60,522 bases of DNA, taken from contig CAZQMS010000001.1 of assembly GCA_964594735.1 (NCBI GenBank), forward strand, positions 1 to 60,522, in the 5' to 3' direction. The position numbers and the translations under genes were made by a program. Origin of the DNA: an uncultured Candidatus Saccharibacteria bacterium. Lineage in GTDB: Bacteria > Patescibacteriota > Minisyncoccia > Phycocordibacterales > UBA2100. Below the pieces are notes generated by a model. That model searched no databases and had not been told where the DNA came from. It saw only the letters and a program-made list of their open reading frames with translations. Below are positions 37,128 through 45,082 of the stretch, in pieces; the first letter of the stretch is position 1; each line of letters starts with the position of its first letter.

Positions 37128-37934
37128 ATGCATACCAGCACATTCGACTTCGATACTGAAATGCTCAAATGCGGGGCCTCGCTTAAGGCTTTCGCAATCA
37201 GTCTCACTGGCAATGTTGATCGTGCCGAGGACCTCGTCCAGGAGACAATTCTGCGGGCGCTCGCCAATCGGCATACCTTCGAACCGGGAACAAACATGCC
37301 CGCATGGCTATTCACAATCCTGCGCAATTTTTTTCGGTCGGAATACCGGAAGCGCAAACGTGAGGTTGAGGATGCAGATGGCGCACATGCTCAGACGCTC
37401 ATATCTCAGCCGAGTCAGCAGGGGTATGTAGAGTTTGGCGATTTCGCAGAAAAACTTCATGCACTGCCGGATGATCAGCGCGAGGCACTGATACTGGTAG
37501 GCGCAAGCGGCTTTTCCTACGACGAAGCAGCTCTGATTTCCGGTTGTGCAGTTGGCACAATAAAAAGTAGGGTGAACAGAGCACGGGAGCGCCTTACGCT
37601 ACTACTTTCAGAAGAACCGACGAGGGCGGTACCAGCTGATCGCGATCCATATGGCGTTCGAAACACGCAGCGACAGTTGTACAACTACTTTCCGCCGAAA
37701 AGGCTCGTCGCAGAATCGACCTCGCGCACACCGCCACTGGCCCTACACAGCGAGCCGTCCACTGCGAGTGAGAGCAAAATGAATGAGGTCGTCGCTTCTC
37801 CTCAGCCAAACATCCCGCTGGCTGTCCAAGGTAAGTCTGCAGACATCGTAATTTCCGGGCTGCGATTTGTGCTCCAGTCAGTTCGACCGCACGATGCGGG
37901 CCGGAAAGTATCGACGTACTCGCTCTCTGTGTGA
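37128..37934 (+). CDS. ECF-type sigma-70 family factor with a roughly 100-aa C-terminal extension
   Basis: The ATG at 37128 is preceded by gggggagaag. Region 2: DRAEDLVQETILRALANRHTFEPGTNMPAWLFTILRNFFRSEYRKRKRE. Region 4: LPDDQREALILVGASGFSYDEAALISGCAVGTIKSRVNRARERL. About 105 further residues follow before the stop. Confidence 0.85.
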   Translation: MHTSTFDFDTEMLKCGASLKAFAISLTGNVDRAEDLVQETILRALANRHTFEPGTNMPAWLFTILRNFFRSEYRKRKREVEDADGAHAQTLISQPSQQGYVEFGDFAEKLHALPDDQREALILVGASGFSYDEAALISGCAVGTIKSRVNRARERLTLLLSEEPTRAVPADRDPYGVRNTQRQLYNYFPPKRLVAESTSRTPPLALHSEPSTASESKMNEVVASPQPNIPLAVQGKSADIVISGLRFVLQSVRPHDAGRKVSTYSLSV

Positions 37935-37941
37935 ACAATGG

Positions 37942-37975
37942 CACCCCCTCGCTTCGGCGCGGGGGTGTTCGCTTT
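37942..37975 (+). terminator. intrinsic terminator after the ECF sigma gene
   Basis: caccccctcgc-ttcg-gcgcgggggtg (10 bp, one mismatch, UUCG loop) followed by ttcgcttt, 8 nt after the stop. Confidence 0.65.
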
Positions 37976-37977
37976 AT

Positions 37978-38131
37978 CACAAAATGAAAGAGACCAGCAC
38001 CGCGTCGTGCTGGTCTCCGTCGTAGGGCCTTGCTCAAGCTGCGAACAGCTTGGCTGCAGCCCATTACCGTCCGGATCCCACTGTCTGGGTGAGGGAGGGG
38101 GGGGGAAGCAGAACCCGGACGATTCAAAACC
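37978..38131 (-). ncRNA. candidate about 150-nt sRNA with a C-rich loop (unnamed)
   Basis: Minus-strand TTGACA-17-CATATT promoter at 38138..38166. Internal stem cgtccgg/ccggacg encloses cttccccccccctccctcaccc. A 7-bp hairpin has a UUCG loop on the minus strand. A perfect 11-bp terminator hairpin (37990..38017) is followed by tttcattttgtg. No credible ORF. Confidence 0.35.
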
Positions 38132-38137
38132 GTGTAC

Positions 38138-38166
38138 AATATGTTCGGCTGCACCACCTTTGTCAA
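38138..38166 (-). promoter_or_regulatory. candidate promoter (TTGACA-17-CATATT) for the minus-strand sRNA candidate
   Basis: Reverse complement of 38161..38166 is ttgaca. A 17-nt spacer follows, and the reverse complement of 38138..38143 is catatt. Confidence 0.35.
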
Positions 38167-38175
38167 GACTACTTT

Positions 38176-38204
38176 TTGCGATTCTGCAATACGAACGATA
38201 CTAT
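38176..38204 (+). promoter_or_regulatory. candidate promoter (TTGCGA-17-TACTAT) giving a near-leaderless M16 peptidase mRNA
   Basis: ttgcga at 38176..38181, a 17-nt spacer, tactat at 38199..38204, ATG at 38211. Back-to-back with the minus-strand TTGACA. Confidence 0.35.
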
Positions 38205-38210
38205 GCGCCG

Positions 38211-39482
38211 ATGAAGCACGAAATTCTCACGCTCGACAATGGCCTGCGCGTCATCCTCGTCCCTATGCCGGGCGTGGATACCGCATCGGTCATGGTTATG
38301 ACGGGCACCGGCTCTCGCTATGAGACGATGCGGGAGAATGGTCTCGCGCACTTCCTCGAGCACATGTTCTTCAAAGGCACGAAGAAGCGGCCAAGCGCCA
38401 AAGCTATCAGCGAGGAGCTCGATGGGGTCGGCGCCGTGTACAACGCGTTTACTGCCAAAGAGCGCACGGCGTACTACGCAAAAGTGAGCAGCGAGTTTCT
38501 AGACACTGCGCTCGATGTGATATCCGACATTTTTCTCAACTCCACACTGCCCGCTCGCGAGATTACAAAGGAGCGCGGCGCGATTATCCAGGAAATCGAC
38601 ATGTACGAAGACATTCCGATGCGAAATATCGGCGATGTTTTCGATGCGCTCATGTTTGGCAAAGACCATCCGCTCGGGCGCTCTATTCTAGGACCCAAAG
38701 AAAACATCCGTGCCTTTAAGCAGAAGGATTTTGCGACGTATCACAAGAAGCACTACACCGCCGGCAATACTGTCGTGTGCGTCACGGGCTCATTTGAGCG
38801 CACGACGGTTCTAAAAAGGATTGAGAGGGATTTTTCGAAGCTGCCTACCGGTGACATCAGCACCCCACTTCCCTTCTCGCACGACCAGTCGGAGCCGCGG
38901 GTCACGGTAAAACGCAAGCAGACCGACCAGACACAGCTCATGCTCGGCCTCCCCGCCTACCCGTACGGACACCCGGATGAGTACGCGCTCGAAGTTCTCA
39001 CGTCGGCACTTGGCGGCGGTATGAGCAGCAGGCTCTTCTCAGAAGTGCGCGAGAAGCGTGGACTCGCCTACTCTGTGCACGCGTGGATCGATAAATATCC
39101 GGACGTGGGGGCGATTGTCGTGCAGGCCGGAGTCGAACACGCCAAGCTTCAGAAGGCACTTGCGACTATTTTGGCAGAGCTGAAGAAACTTCGTCGGGCA
39201 CCGATACAGGCTGCGGAACTGAAGAAAGTCAAAGCGTACATCAAGGGCACGCTCACGCTCTCCCTCGAGACTTCCGACCGCGTGGCCGAGCATGCATCGA
39301 CGTCGGTAATCAATCTCGGTAAAATCCGCACGCTCGAGGAAGATATCGCCGCACTCGATGCGGTGAGCGTGTCTGACGTACACCGTGTGGCACAGGACAT
39401 TTTCAAAACCGCGCACTTGAATCTCGCGGTCATTGGTCCGCATGATGACGCGGCGCGACTGAAAGGAATTCTCAAGATGTAG
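38211..39482 (+). CDS. M16 family (pitrilysin-like) zinc peptidase
   Basis: The ATG at 38211 gives MKHEILTLDNGLRVILVPMPG. Inverted zinc motif HFLEHMFFKGT (HxxEH). 423 aa. The track ORF extension (from 37938) is G/P/C-rich junk crossing two hairpins. Confidence 0.85.
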   Translation: MKHEILTLDNGLRVILVPMPGVDTASVMVMTGTGSRYETMRENGLAHFLEHMFFKGTKKRPSAKAISEELDGVGAVYNAFTAKERTAYYAKVSSEFLDTALDVISDIFLNSTLPAREITKERGAIIQEIDMYEDIPMRNIGDVFDALMFGKDHPLGRSILGPKENIRAFKQKDFATYHKKHYTAGNTVVCVTGSFERTTVLKRIERDFSKLPTGDISTPLPFSHDQSEPRVTVKRKQTDQTQLMLGLPAYPYGHPDEYALEVLTSALGGGMSSRLFSEVREKRGLAYSVHAWIDKYPDVGAIVVQAGVEHAKLQKALATILAELKKLRRAPIQAAELKKVKAYIKGTLTLSLETSDRVAEHASTSVINLGKIRTLEEDIAALDAVSVSDVHRVAQDIFKTAHLNLAVIGPHDDAARLKGILKM

Positions 39483-39735
39483 TCACGAAACCCTCGTCGA
39501 AGAGGATTCCCGCCTTGCGCTCGACGCCGCCGCGATTGTATCCGCGCATGCTCCCATCGGATGCAATGACACGATGGCACGGTACACTCGGGTCGTAGTT
39601 GGACCGCATGATGGCGCCGACCGCTCGTGCGGCTTTCGGGTTGCCAGCCTTCGCAGCAACTTGCTTGTACGTCATCGTCTTGCCTTTGGGTATCTTCCGC
39701 ACGATGTCGCGCACCTTGTCGGAAAAGCTTTTCAT
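39472..39735 (-). CDS. MGMT-family protein (methylated-DNA--protein-cysteine methyltransferase DNA-binding domain)
   Basis: 87 aa. MTYKQVAAKAGNPKAARAVGAIM and active-site-like PCHRVI. Confidence 0.8.
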   Translation of the reverse strand: MKSFSDKVRDIVRKIPKGKTMTYKQVAAKAGNPKAARAVGAIMRSNYDPSVPCHRVIASDGSMRGYNRGGVERKAGILFDEGFVTTS

Positions 39736-40550
39736 ATGCCGAGCGTCCCTGTATCCGTAGGAGCTTTTTTCTTCGCGAAGGCGAGCATCTTTTTTCCCAC
39801 AGCTTCACGGTATCGGCAGTAGTCGCAATCCGACGCGGGCTCCGGCAAATCGGCACTGTCGAGGCATCGCTTGAGCTCTTGCAGTGTTTCCTCCACCCAC
39901 GAGTCGTCGCCCTTGTGCGGCACGAGCGTGACTTCAAAAGTCAATTTCCCGTCGAATGCCTCCTCATCCTTGCTTGCGTTGGCGTAGACCCAGTACGCGG
40001 TGTTGGAGACCTTGAAGCCATTCTGGCGGAGTAGCCATTGGTAAATCTCTATCTGTCGCTTGTAGCCAATGTGCCATTCTTCATCGAGAGATTCGATTTT
40101 GCCGTCTTTACTTGTCGCCTTGTAGTCTACGACGATAAGTTCCCCCTCCTCGTTGACCCATATGTCGTCCACGCCGCCACAGACCGTGAGGCCCGTCTCA
40201 TGCTCGTACACGACGCCGCCGCGCAGCGAATCGCGCCAGGTGTCCATTTTCGGGTGATCGAATGGCTTTGCCTTGAGACCGTACGCTTCCATAAGGGGAT
40301 GCGCGGTGCCGTTGGTTCGATGTACATCGAATTCCTTCTTGAGAAGTGCGTCTACGGCGCTGTTGAGATTGAAGGGAAAGCCGGGAGGTCTTGCGGTGCC
40401 GAGTTTGTTGTCGATGTAGAAACATCGGGGACATTCCATGAAAAGCGATATTTTCGATCGCGAGAGGCGGAATCGCTCCCCGCCGTAGTTCCAATTTGGG
40501 TTACGGTCGGGCTTGTAGTACGTACTCATGCGGTGAGTATACCACCGCAC
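39732..40550 (-). CDS. PD-(D/E)XK nuclease superfamily protein (Cas4/RecB-like, Cys-cluster type)
   Basis: 272 aa. N-terminal CPRCFY, core GGVDDIWVNEEGELIVVDYKATS (D...D/ExK), C-terminal CDYCRY. 4-nt overlap with the MGMT start. An alternative ATG lies at 40529. Confidence 0.7.
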   Translation of the reverse strand: MRWYTHRMSTYYKPDRNPNWNYGGERFRLSRSKISLFMECPRCFYIDNKLGTARPPGFPFNLNSAVDALLKKEFDVHRTNGTAHPLMEAYGLKAKPFDHPKMDTWRDSLRGGVVYEHETGLTVCGGVDDIWVNEEGELIVVDYKATSKDGKIESLDEEWHIGYKRQIEIYQWLLRQNGFKVSNTAYWVYANASKDEEAFDGKLTFEVTLVPHKGDDSWVEETLQELKRCLDSADLPEPASDCDYCRYREAVGKKMLAFAKKKAPTDTGTLGI

Positions 40551-40557
40551 CTAAAAT

Positions 40558-41055
40558 CTACTGCTGTGGAGTCGAAAGTATGTCGTCGCGATGCTCAGCA
40601 AACCAGTGCTTGAAGCGATTCTCCACGTACCACATGCCAGTGAAAAGAATAAGCACCATCAGAGTGGCGAAAATCGCGAGCGCGTAGAGGCCAAAGCCCA
40701 CTGTCATGCCGATAGCTGCGGTAATCCATAGACCCGCAGCAGTCGTGACGCCGTGCAGCGAGTCGCCGCGAAAGACGATGAGACCGCCTCCCAAGAATCC
40801 GATGCCCGTAATGATGGCTGCCGCGATAAATGTGGGCTGTATGTCGGCCGATGCGAGAAAGACGAGATTGACGTAGTTGCCGAGAATCACGAAAAGCGCC
40901 GAGCCGAGAGCGACGAGTCCAAATGTTCTCGTGCCCGCGTACTGCTTTGCCAGTACCGCGCGCTCAGTGCCGATGATGCCGCCAAGCAAGACCGCAAGGC
41001 AAAGTTTGCCGAACATGACGACGGTTGGGTCAAGAAATATATCCGGGTTGAGCAT
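40558..41055 (-). CDS. MgtC/SapB family membrane protein
   Basis: The ATG at 41055 gives 165 aa. LAVLLGGIIGTERAVLAKQYAGTRTFGLVALGSALF is typical of MgtC. The track ORF extension overlaps the upstream gene. Confidence 0.8.
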   Translation of the reverse strand: MLNPDIFLDPTVVMFGKLCLAVLLGGIIGTERAVLAKQYAGTRTFGLVALGSALFVILGNYVNLVFLASADIQPTFIAAAIITGIGFLGGGLIVFRGDSLHGVTTAAGLWITAAIGMTVGFGLYALAIFATLMVLILFTGMWYVENRFKHWFAEHRDDILSTPQQ

Positions 41056-41071
41056 GTGAGCAGTATATCCC

Positions 41072-41896
41072 CTAGATGCTGCAGAGCTGTTTGGCCTCGT
41101 CGAGCACCTGTGGAATGCGATTGGGGGCAACGCCGTAGTCTCTCAGCACGTGTTCTGTCTGCACCGCCTTGCACAGGACAATGCGATTCTCGAGAAAACG
41201 CCGCTTCTCGCTCTCGGTGAGCGTCGTCAAGCATGTTAGTGGGTGCACTTTTGCCTCTTCTATCATCTGCATAAGCCCGCGCGTACGTGGGTAGTCCCAT
41301 GCGAGTATGGTGAGGTTGGTGCAATGCGCATAGCGAATCGCGTTGCTCGTAAACTGCGTATTCGTGACGAGCCACCCTTCGTCGACACGCGATGACTCCA
41401 TAGGTGCTTGCTTCAGGTCTTCGTACCGCGCATACACGTACAGCGCGTCTTTGATGTCGGTCTTGCCGCCTGGCTCGTTGTGGAACTTGCACTCAATACC
41501 CACTTTGCGCCCGTCTTTTTCAGCCAGCACATCCACCTCATGCGGCGCACAGCGGCCCACAAGCGCCATATCGGTGCGCACAGACCAGCCATGCGCACGA
41601 AGCACCTCGGCCAAAAATTGCTCAAATGGGAATCCAGACGGCCCAAGGGCGTAGACAGCGCGCTTCGTGGAATAGCGAGCTGCCACCGGCAGGCGCTCCT
41701 CCTTTTTCAGGAGCTCAAATGCGCGCCGGTAGATTTCTTCAGTACTTATGAGTGGCCGGAGCTCGCGCATCACCTGAGCGAGTACGCGTGCGCTCGTCGT
41801 CGTCGAGGCTCCCGCGTGTGCAAGCGAGCGTTCGAGTTTGGTCGGGTCGAAGTGCTCGCGCTCGCCATCTGCTTTGGTGATAAGTGTGTGCGACAT
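41072..41896 (-). CDS. ATP-cone domain fused to an Mrr-like (PD-(D/E)XK) restriction-endonuclease-fold domain
   Basis: 274 aa. N-terminal ITKADGEREHFDPTKLERSL...EEIYRRAFELL (ATP-cone). Then FEQFLAEVLRAHGWSV and HEVDVLAEKDGRKVGIECKFH (D...ExK). Confidence 0.7.
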   Translation of the reverse strand: MSHTLITKADGEREHFDPTKLERSLAHAGASTTTSARVLAQVMRELRPLISTEEIYRRAFELLKKEERLPVAARYSTKRAVYALGPSGFPFEQFLAEVLRAHGWSVRTDMALVGRCAPHEVDVLAEKDGRKVGIECKFHNEPGGKTDIKDALYVYARYEDLKQAPMESSRVDEGWLVTNTQFTSNAIRYAHCTNLTILAWDYPRTRGLMQMIEEAKVHPLTCLTTLTESEKRRFLENRIVLCKAVQTEHVLRDYGVAPNRIPQVLDEAKQLCSI

Positions 41897-41898
41897 AC

Positions 41899-42309
41899 CT
41901 AGTAGCGATATTCCGTTGCTGGCGTCACCGCGAGCTCGAGAGGAGCACCGTCGAGGGTACCGATGAATCGCACTCCTACAGACGGCGCAAAAACCACGAC
42001 ACGGAATGAGCGAGGCGTGTCAGTGTGTTCGCAATCTACATAAGGCTGTCGCCACGTCTGGAACGCGAGCAGAAATGTCGCCGTGTCTACCTCCTTTGTC
42101 TCGACAGAGAGCTGATCGCATGTCGACGGTACCATCACCATGCCCGAGAGGTGGTGCTCACCGACTTTCAAAAAGTCGCGCACAAGCACTACTCGAGACT
42201 CTCCAAGGGCTTGCGTATAGATGGCATTTCCGGCCACGAGAAATATGGAATACGAAAGCGCCGAGGCGACGACAAAGAACCACACGAGGCGGCGTGTTAG
42301 CTCGAGCAT
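41899..42309 (-). CDS. hypothetical N-terminally anchored protein
   Basis: The ATG at 42309 gives MLELTRRLVWFFVVASALSYSIFLVAG (136 aa) and avoids overlap with mnmA. 2 nt upstream of the ATP-cone gene. Confidence 0.45.
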   Translation of the reverse strand: MLELTRRLVWFFVVASALSYSIFLVAGNAIYTQALGESRVVLVRDFLKVGEHHLSGMVMVPSTCDQLSVETKEVDTATFLLAFQTWRQPYVDCEHTDTPRSFRVVVFAPSVGVRFIGTLDGAPLELAVTPATEYRY

Positions 42310-42377
42310 TTGCTCTATTGTAACCGCGGCGCGACATCTGCATACGCGACTGTACACACCCGCGCTAGCGAGAAGCG

Positions 42378-43421
42378 CTACCGTATCCGGCCACCTCCGA
42401 CACACCGTTCTCCGTCGTAGAGGACCAATGATTGACCCGGAGAGACGATGTGAGGCGCGCGAAATGTCGCTACAACCTTCTCCCCATCAAGACGAAGCGT
42501 CACCTCAAATGGCGTTTCCCTGTATCGCGACTGAGCGAGAAGCACTTCGCCATCCTTCCACTCTCGCAGTTGATGCGCCGCATCAAGCTCTGCGCTCTCG
42601 CGCATACAGTCGGCCACGTCCGATGAGACGTGAACCGTGTTGGCACCTGCGTCGACCGCTGTCACATAGTGCGGTTTGTGGACGTCGCCACTCAGTACCT
42701 GGAAGCCGTGCCGCTGCCCGATGGTGTAGAGCGCAGCGCCAGCGTGCTCTCCCACCACTTCGTCACGCTGATTCAGTACCGCCCCCGGCTTCAGGTCGAT
42801 GTACCGGGCGAGAAAGTCGGCCATACTCACATCGCCGACAAAGCAGAGTCCCTGACTATCCTTTTTCTGCGCGACAGGCAGTCTGAAATCCTGAGCAAGC
42901 GCGCGCACCTGTGACTTGTGCAGACCGCCAACGGGAAACCGTACATTTGCCAAGTGCGCTCGAGGTATACGGTAGAGAAAGTACGACTGGTCTTTTTCCG
43001 CATCGATTCCCTTCAGAAGCATCGCCTGTCCTTGCACTGTTTCTATGCGCGCGTAGTGCCCTGTGGCTACCACCTCCGCACCCTCGGATGTTGCCCAGTC
43101 GTAGAATGCACCGAACTTAATCTTTTCGTTACATTCGACATCTGGATTCGGCGTGCGTCCGGCAGCGTACGACTCAGTCATGTCCCGCACGACTTCCTTC
43201 TCATACGCATCGGAAAGGTCGATTTCACGAAACGGCACGCCCAGCGCCACGGCGACCCGCATCGCATCGAGCCGATCCTTCTCCCACGTGCACTCAAAAA
43301 ATGTTGGCTGCCATATTTTTATAAAGACGCCGGTGACATCGAATCCCTCGCGCTGCAATAGCGCAGCGGAGACTGCTGAATCCACACCTCCTGAAATCCC
43401 TACGAATGCCTTCTTACTCAT
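42378..43421 (-). CDS. mnmA: tRNA 2-thiouridine(34) synthase
   Basis: The ATG at 43421 gives MSKKAFVGISGGVDSAVSAALL (PP-loop SGGxDS). GHYAR and DQSYFL are present. Confidence 0.9.
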   Translation of the reverse strand: MSKKAFVGISGGVDSAVSAALLQREGFDVTGVFIKIWQPTFFECTWEKDRLDAMRVAVALGVPFREIDLSDAYEKEVVRDMTESYAAGRTPNPDVECNEKIKFGAFYDWATSEGAEVVATGHYARIETVQGQAMLLKGIDAEKDQSYFLYRIPRAHLANVRFPVGGLHKSQVRALAQDFRLPVAQKKDSQGLCFVGDVSMADFLARYIDLKPGAVLNQRDEVVGEHAGAALYTIGQRHGFQVLSGDVHKPHYVTAVDAGANTVHVSSDVADCMRESAELDAAHQLREWKDGEVLLAQSRYRETPFEVTLRLDGEKVVATFRAPHIVSPGQSLVLYDGERCVGGGRIR

Positions 43422-43998
43422 GCCGCGACAATAGCAAAAAGAAGGCGCCGCGCCCATGAGGGCGCGGCGCATGTGCAGACTTTGGGCTCCGGCACGCGCG
43501 CCAAATCCGAGCGGCGTGTGCGAACGGCATCATCAGCATGCTCGTTGCACTGAAGCCTCCGCGAGCCCTGACCCAGTCATGTATATCTCGCGAATAGGTC
43601 GGGTCGAAGTGGCGCCACCTGCCGTCGCGAAAGCGACCAAATCCCTTGTGAAAGCCCAGCGCTACTAGCGGGGTCACACAGACGTTTGGTCGTGCCATGT
43701 CGGCAAAAAGACTGCAGCCAGACAAGCAGATGCCGTCGACAATTACTGGTATCTGTTTTTGCAAAACCACATGAGCGGCCCGCTGAAATACATCAACATA
43801 CCCACCAGTGTTTGCCGTAATGTGACATGGGTTGCCACACTCACCGAATGCCGCATACAGTGGATCAGCGACCCCATAGATTCGCTGCCTCACGAGCGTA
43901 CTTTCGTGCACGACTAACGGAGCGACTAGCGTGAAGCCCCAGACGATTGCCGCAAGACACCCCATGATGAGCACGGGAAGACGAATGTGTCCCATCAC
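43414..43998 (-). CDS. hypothetical anchored/secreted Cys-rich protein
   Basis: 194 aa. N-terminal TM LPVLIMGCLAAIVWGFTLVAPLV and several Cys (CGNPCH, GICLSGCS). 8-nt overlap with the mnmA start. Confidence 0.5.
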   Translation of the reverse strand: MMGHIRLPVLIMGCLAAIVWGFTLVAPLVVHESTLVRQRIYGVADPLYAAFGECGNPCHITANTGGYVDVFQRAAHVVLQKQIPVIVDGICLSGCSLFADMARPNVCVTPLVALGFHKGFGRFRDGRWRHFDPTYSRDIHDWVRARGGFSATSMLMMPFAHAARIWRACRSPKSAHAPRPHGRGAFFLLLSRHE

Positions 43999-44050
43999 TT
44001 CCTCCCTCTGTTACTTGCACTTTTATATATGAAAATCGACTCAGCGCAAA

Positions 44051-45079
44051 TCAGTAGTACCTCGCCTTGTTCGCAGTGTGACATGCATGAGTCTTGCAGA
44101 AATGTGTGACACCTGAGAGATCCGCCATAAAGAAAAGGTAATCCGTATCTGCAGGTTGCACCGCCGCGAGGAGCGCATCGAGCGAGGGACTACCGATCGC
44201 AGTAGGTGGGAGACCTTTGTTGATGTACGTGTTGTACGGTGACTCGCTCGCGAGGTCTTCCTTGGTAAGATCAAAAGTCCCCTTGCCTATCGTGTAGAGA
44301 AATGTGACGTCGACCTGAAGCGCCATGTCGCGCTCGAGCCTATTCCAGAGCACGCTTGATATCTTGCGTCGGTCGTCGGAATTGCGCGCCTCTTTTTCGA
44401 TAATCGAGGCAAGGATGACAATGTCCTCGAAGGGCTCGCCAAACGCATCTATTTCTTCGCGAATAGCCGCGACGCGTGTGTCAAAATTCTGACGCATCGT
44501 CTCGATGACCATGTCTTCTGTCGCATTCGGCAAGAAGAAGTAGGTATCAGGGAAAAGGTAGCCTTCCTGCGGCTGCGCTTTGGCGAGGAACTTTTCTGCA
44601 TCGAAGCGCTGCAGAAGCCTGTCGTACACGTGCGCCATCTCTTTCGTATTGGCGCCTTCCGGTATGCGCACACGTATTGGTTCCAGTCCAAACGCGCCAG
44701 CCGCCATTGCACGGGCCACGCTGAGCACATCGCGCGGCTCCTTGAATAGGTAATCTCCCGCGCGCACCGTCCTGTCGGATCCGAGCAGTAGGATTAGCCC
44801 TTTGAATGCGAGCGGCGAGCGAATCACCTGTTGTTCTTTGAGCTCATGAGCCAGTTCGCCCACCGTGCGGCCGGTCTCCACGGTAACGAGCTCACCTATT
44901 GGGAAATTGCTTGGCGGACGAATGAGAAAGAGATACGCGTAAAGAAGCAGCGCGCCGAGAATCACGAGTATCACAATTGAGCGCATGTTGACGTTCTCTC
45001 GCCACCTCAGAGAGAGGCGCTGCTGAAACTCGTTGAGATCGCTCACGACTCTCTGGACTTCTGGTTCTATGGGGGGCAT
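44051..45079 (-). CDS. mltG: endolytic transglycosylase MltG (YceG-like)
   Basis: 342 aa. N-terminal TM, LASIIEKEA, SPYNTYINKGLPPTAIGSPS. Confidence 0.85.
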   Translation of the reverse strand: MPPIEPEVQRVVSDLNEFQQRLSLRWRENVNMRSIVILVILGALLLYAYLFLIRPPSNFPIGELVTVETGRTVGELAHELKEQQVIRSPLAFKGLILLLGSDRTVRAGDYLFKEPRDVLSVARAMAAGAFGLEPIRVRIPEGANTKEMAHVYDRLLQRFDAEKFLAKAQPQEGYLFPDTYFFLPNATEDMVIETMRQNFDTRVAAIREEIDAFGEPFEDIVILASIIEKEARNSDDRRKISSVLWNRLERDMALQVDVTFLYTIGKGTFDLTKEDLASESPYNTYINKGLPPTAIGSPSLDALLAAVQPADTDYLFFMADLSGVTHFCKTHACHTANKARYY

Positions 45080-45082
45080 GCG

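Noticed and set aside
38060-38125. GGAAGCAG within gggggggggaagcagaacccgg resembles the 3' side of SRP RNA helix 8.
   Set aside because: No complementary 5' strand or GNRA tetraloop lies in the right register on the plus strand. The stronger signals (promoter, UUCG loop, terminator) are on the minus strand.
37594-38166. 190-aa minus-strand ORF and the 37938 start of the 514-aa plus-strand ORF, both covering the sigma/M16 spacer.
   Set aside because: The composition is Arg/Pro/Gly/Cys-rich. The ORFs run through two terminator hairpins and the G9 tract. The M16 peptidase has a clean start at 38211.
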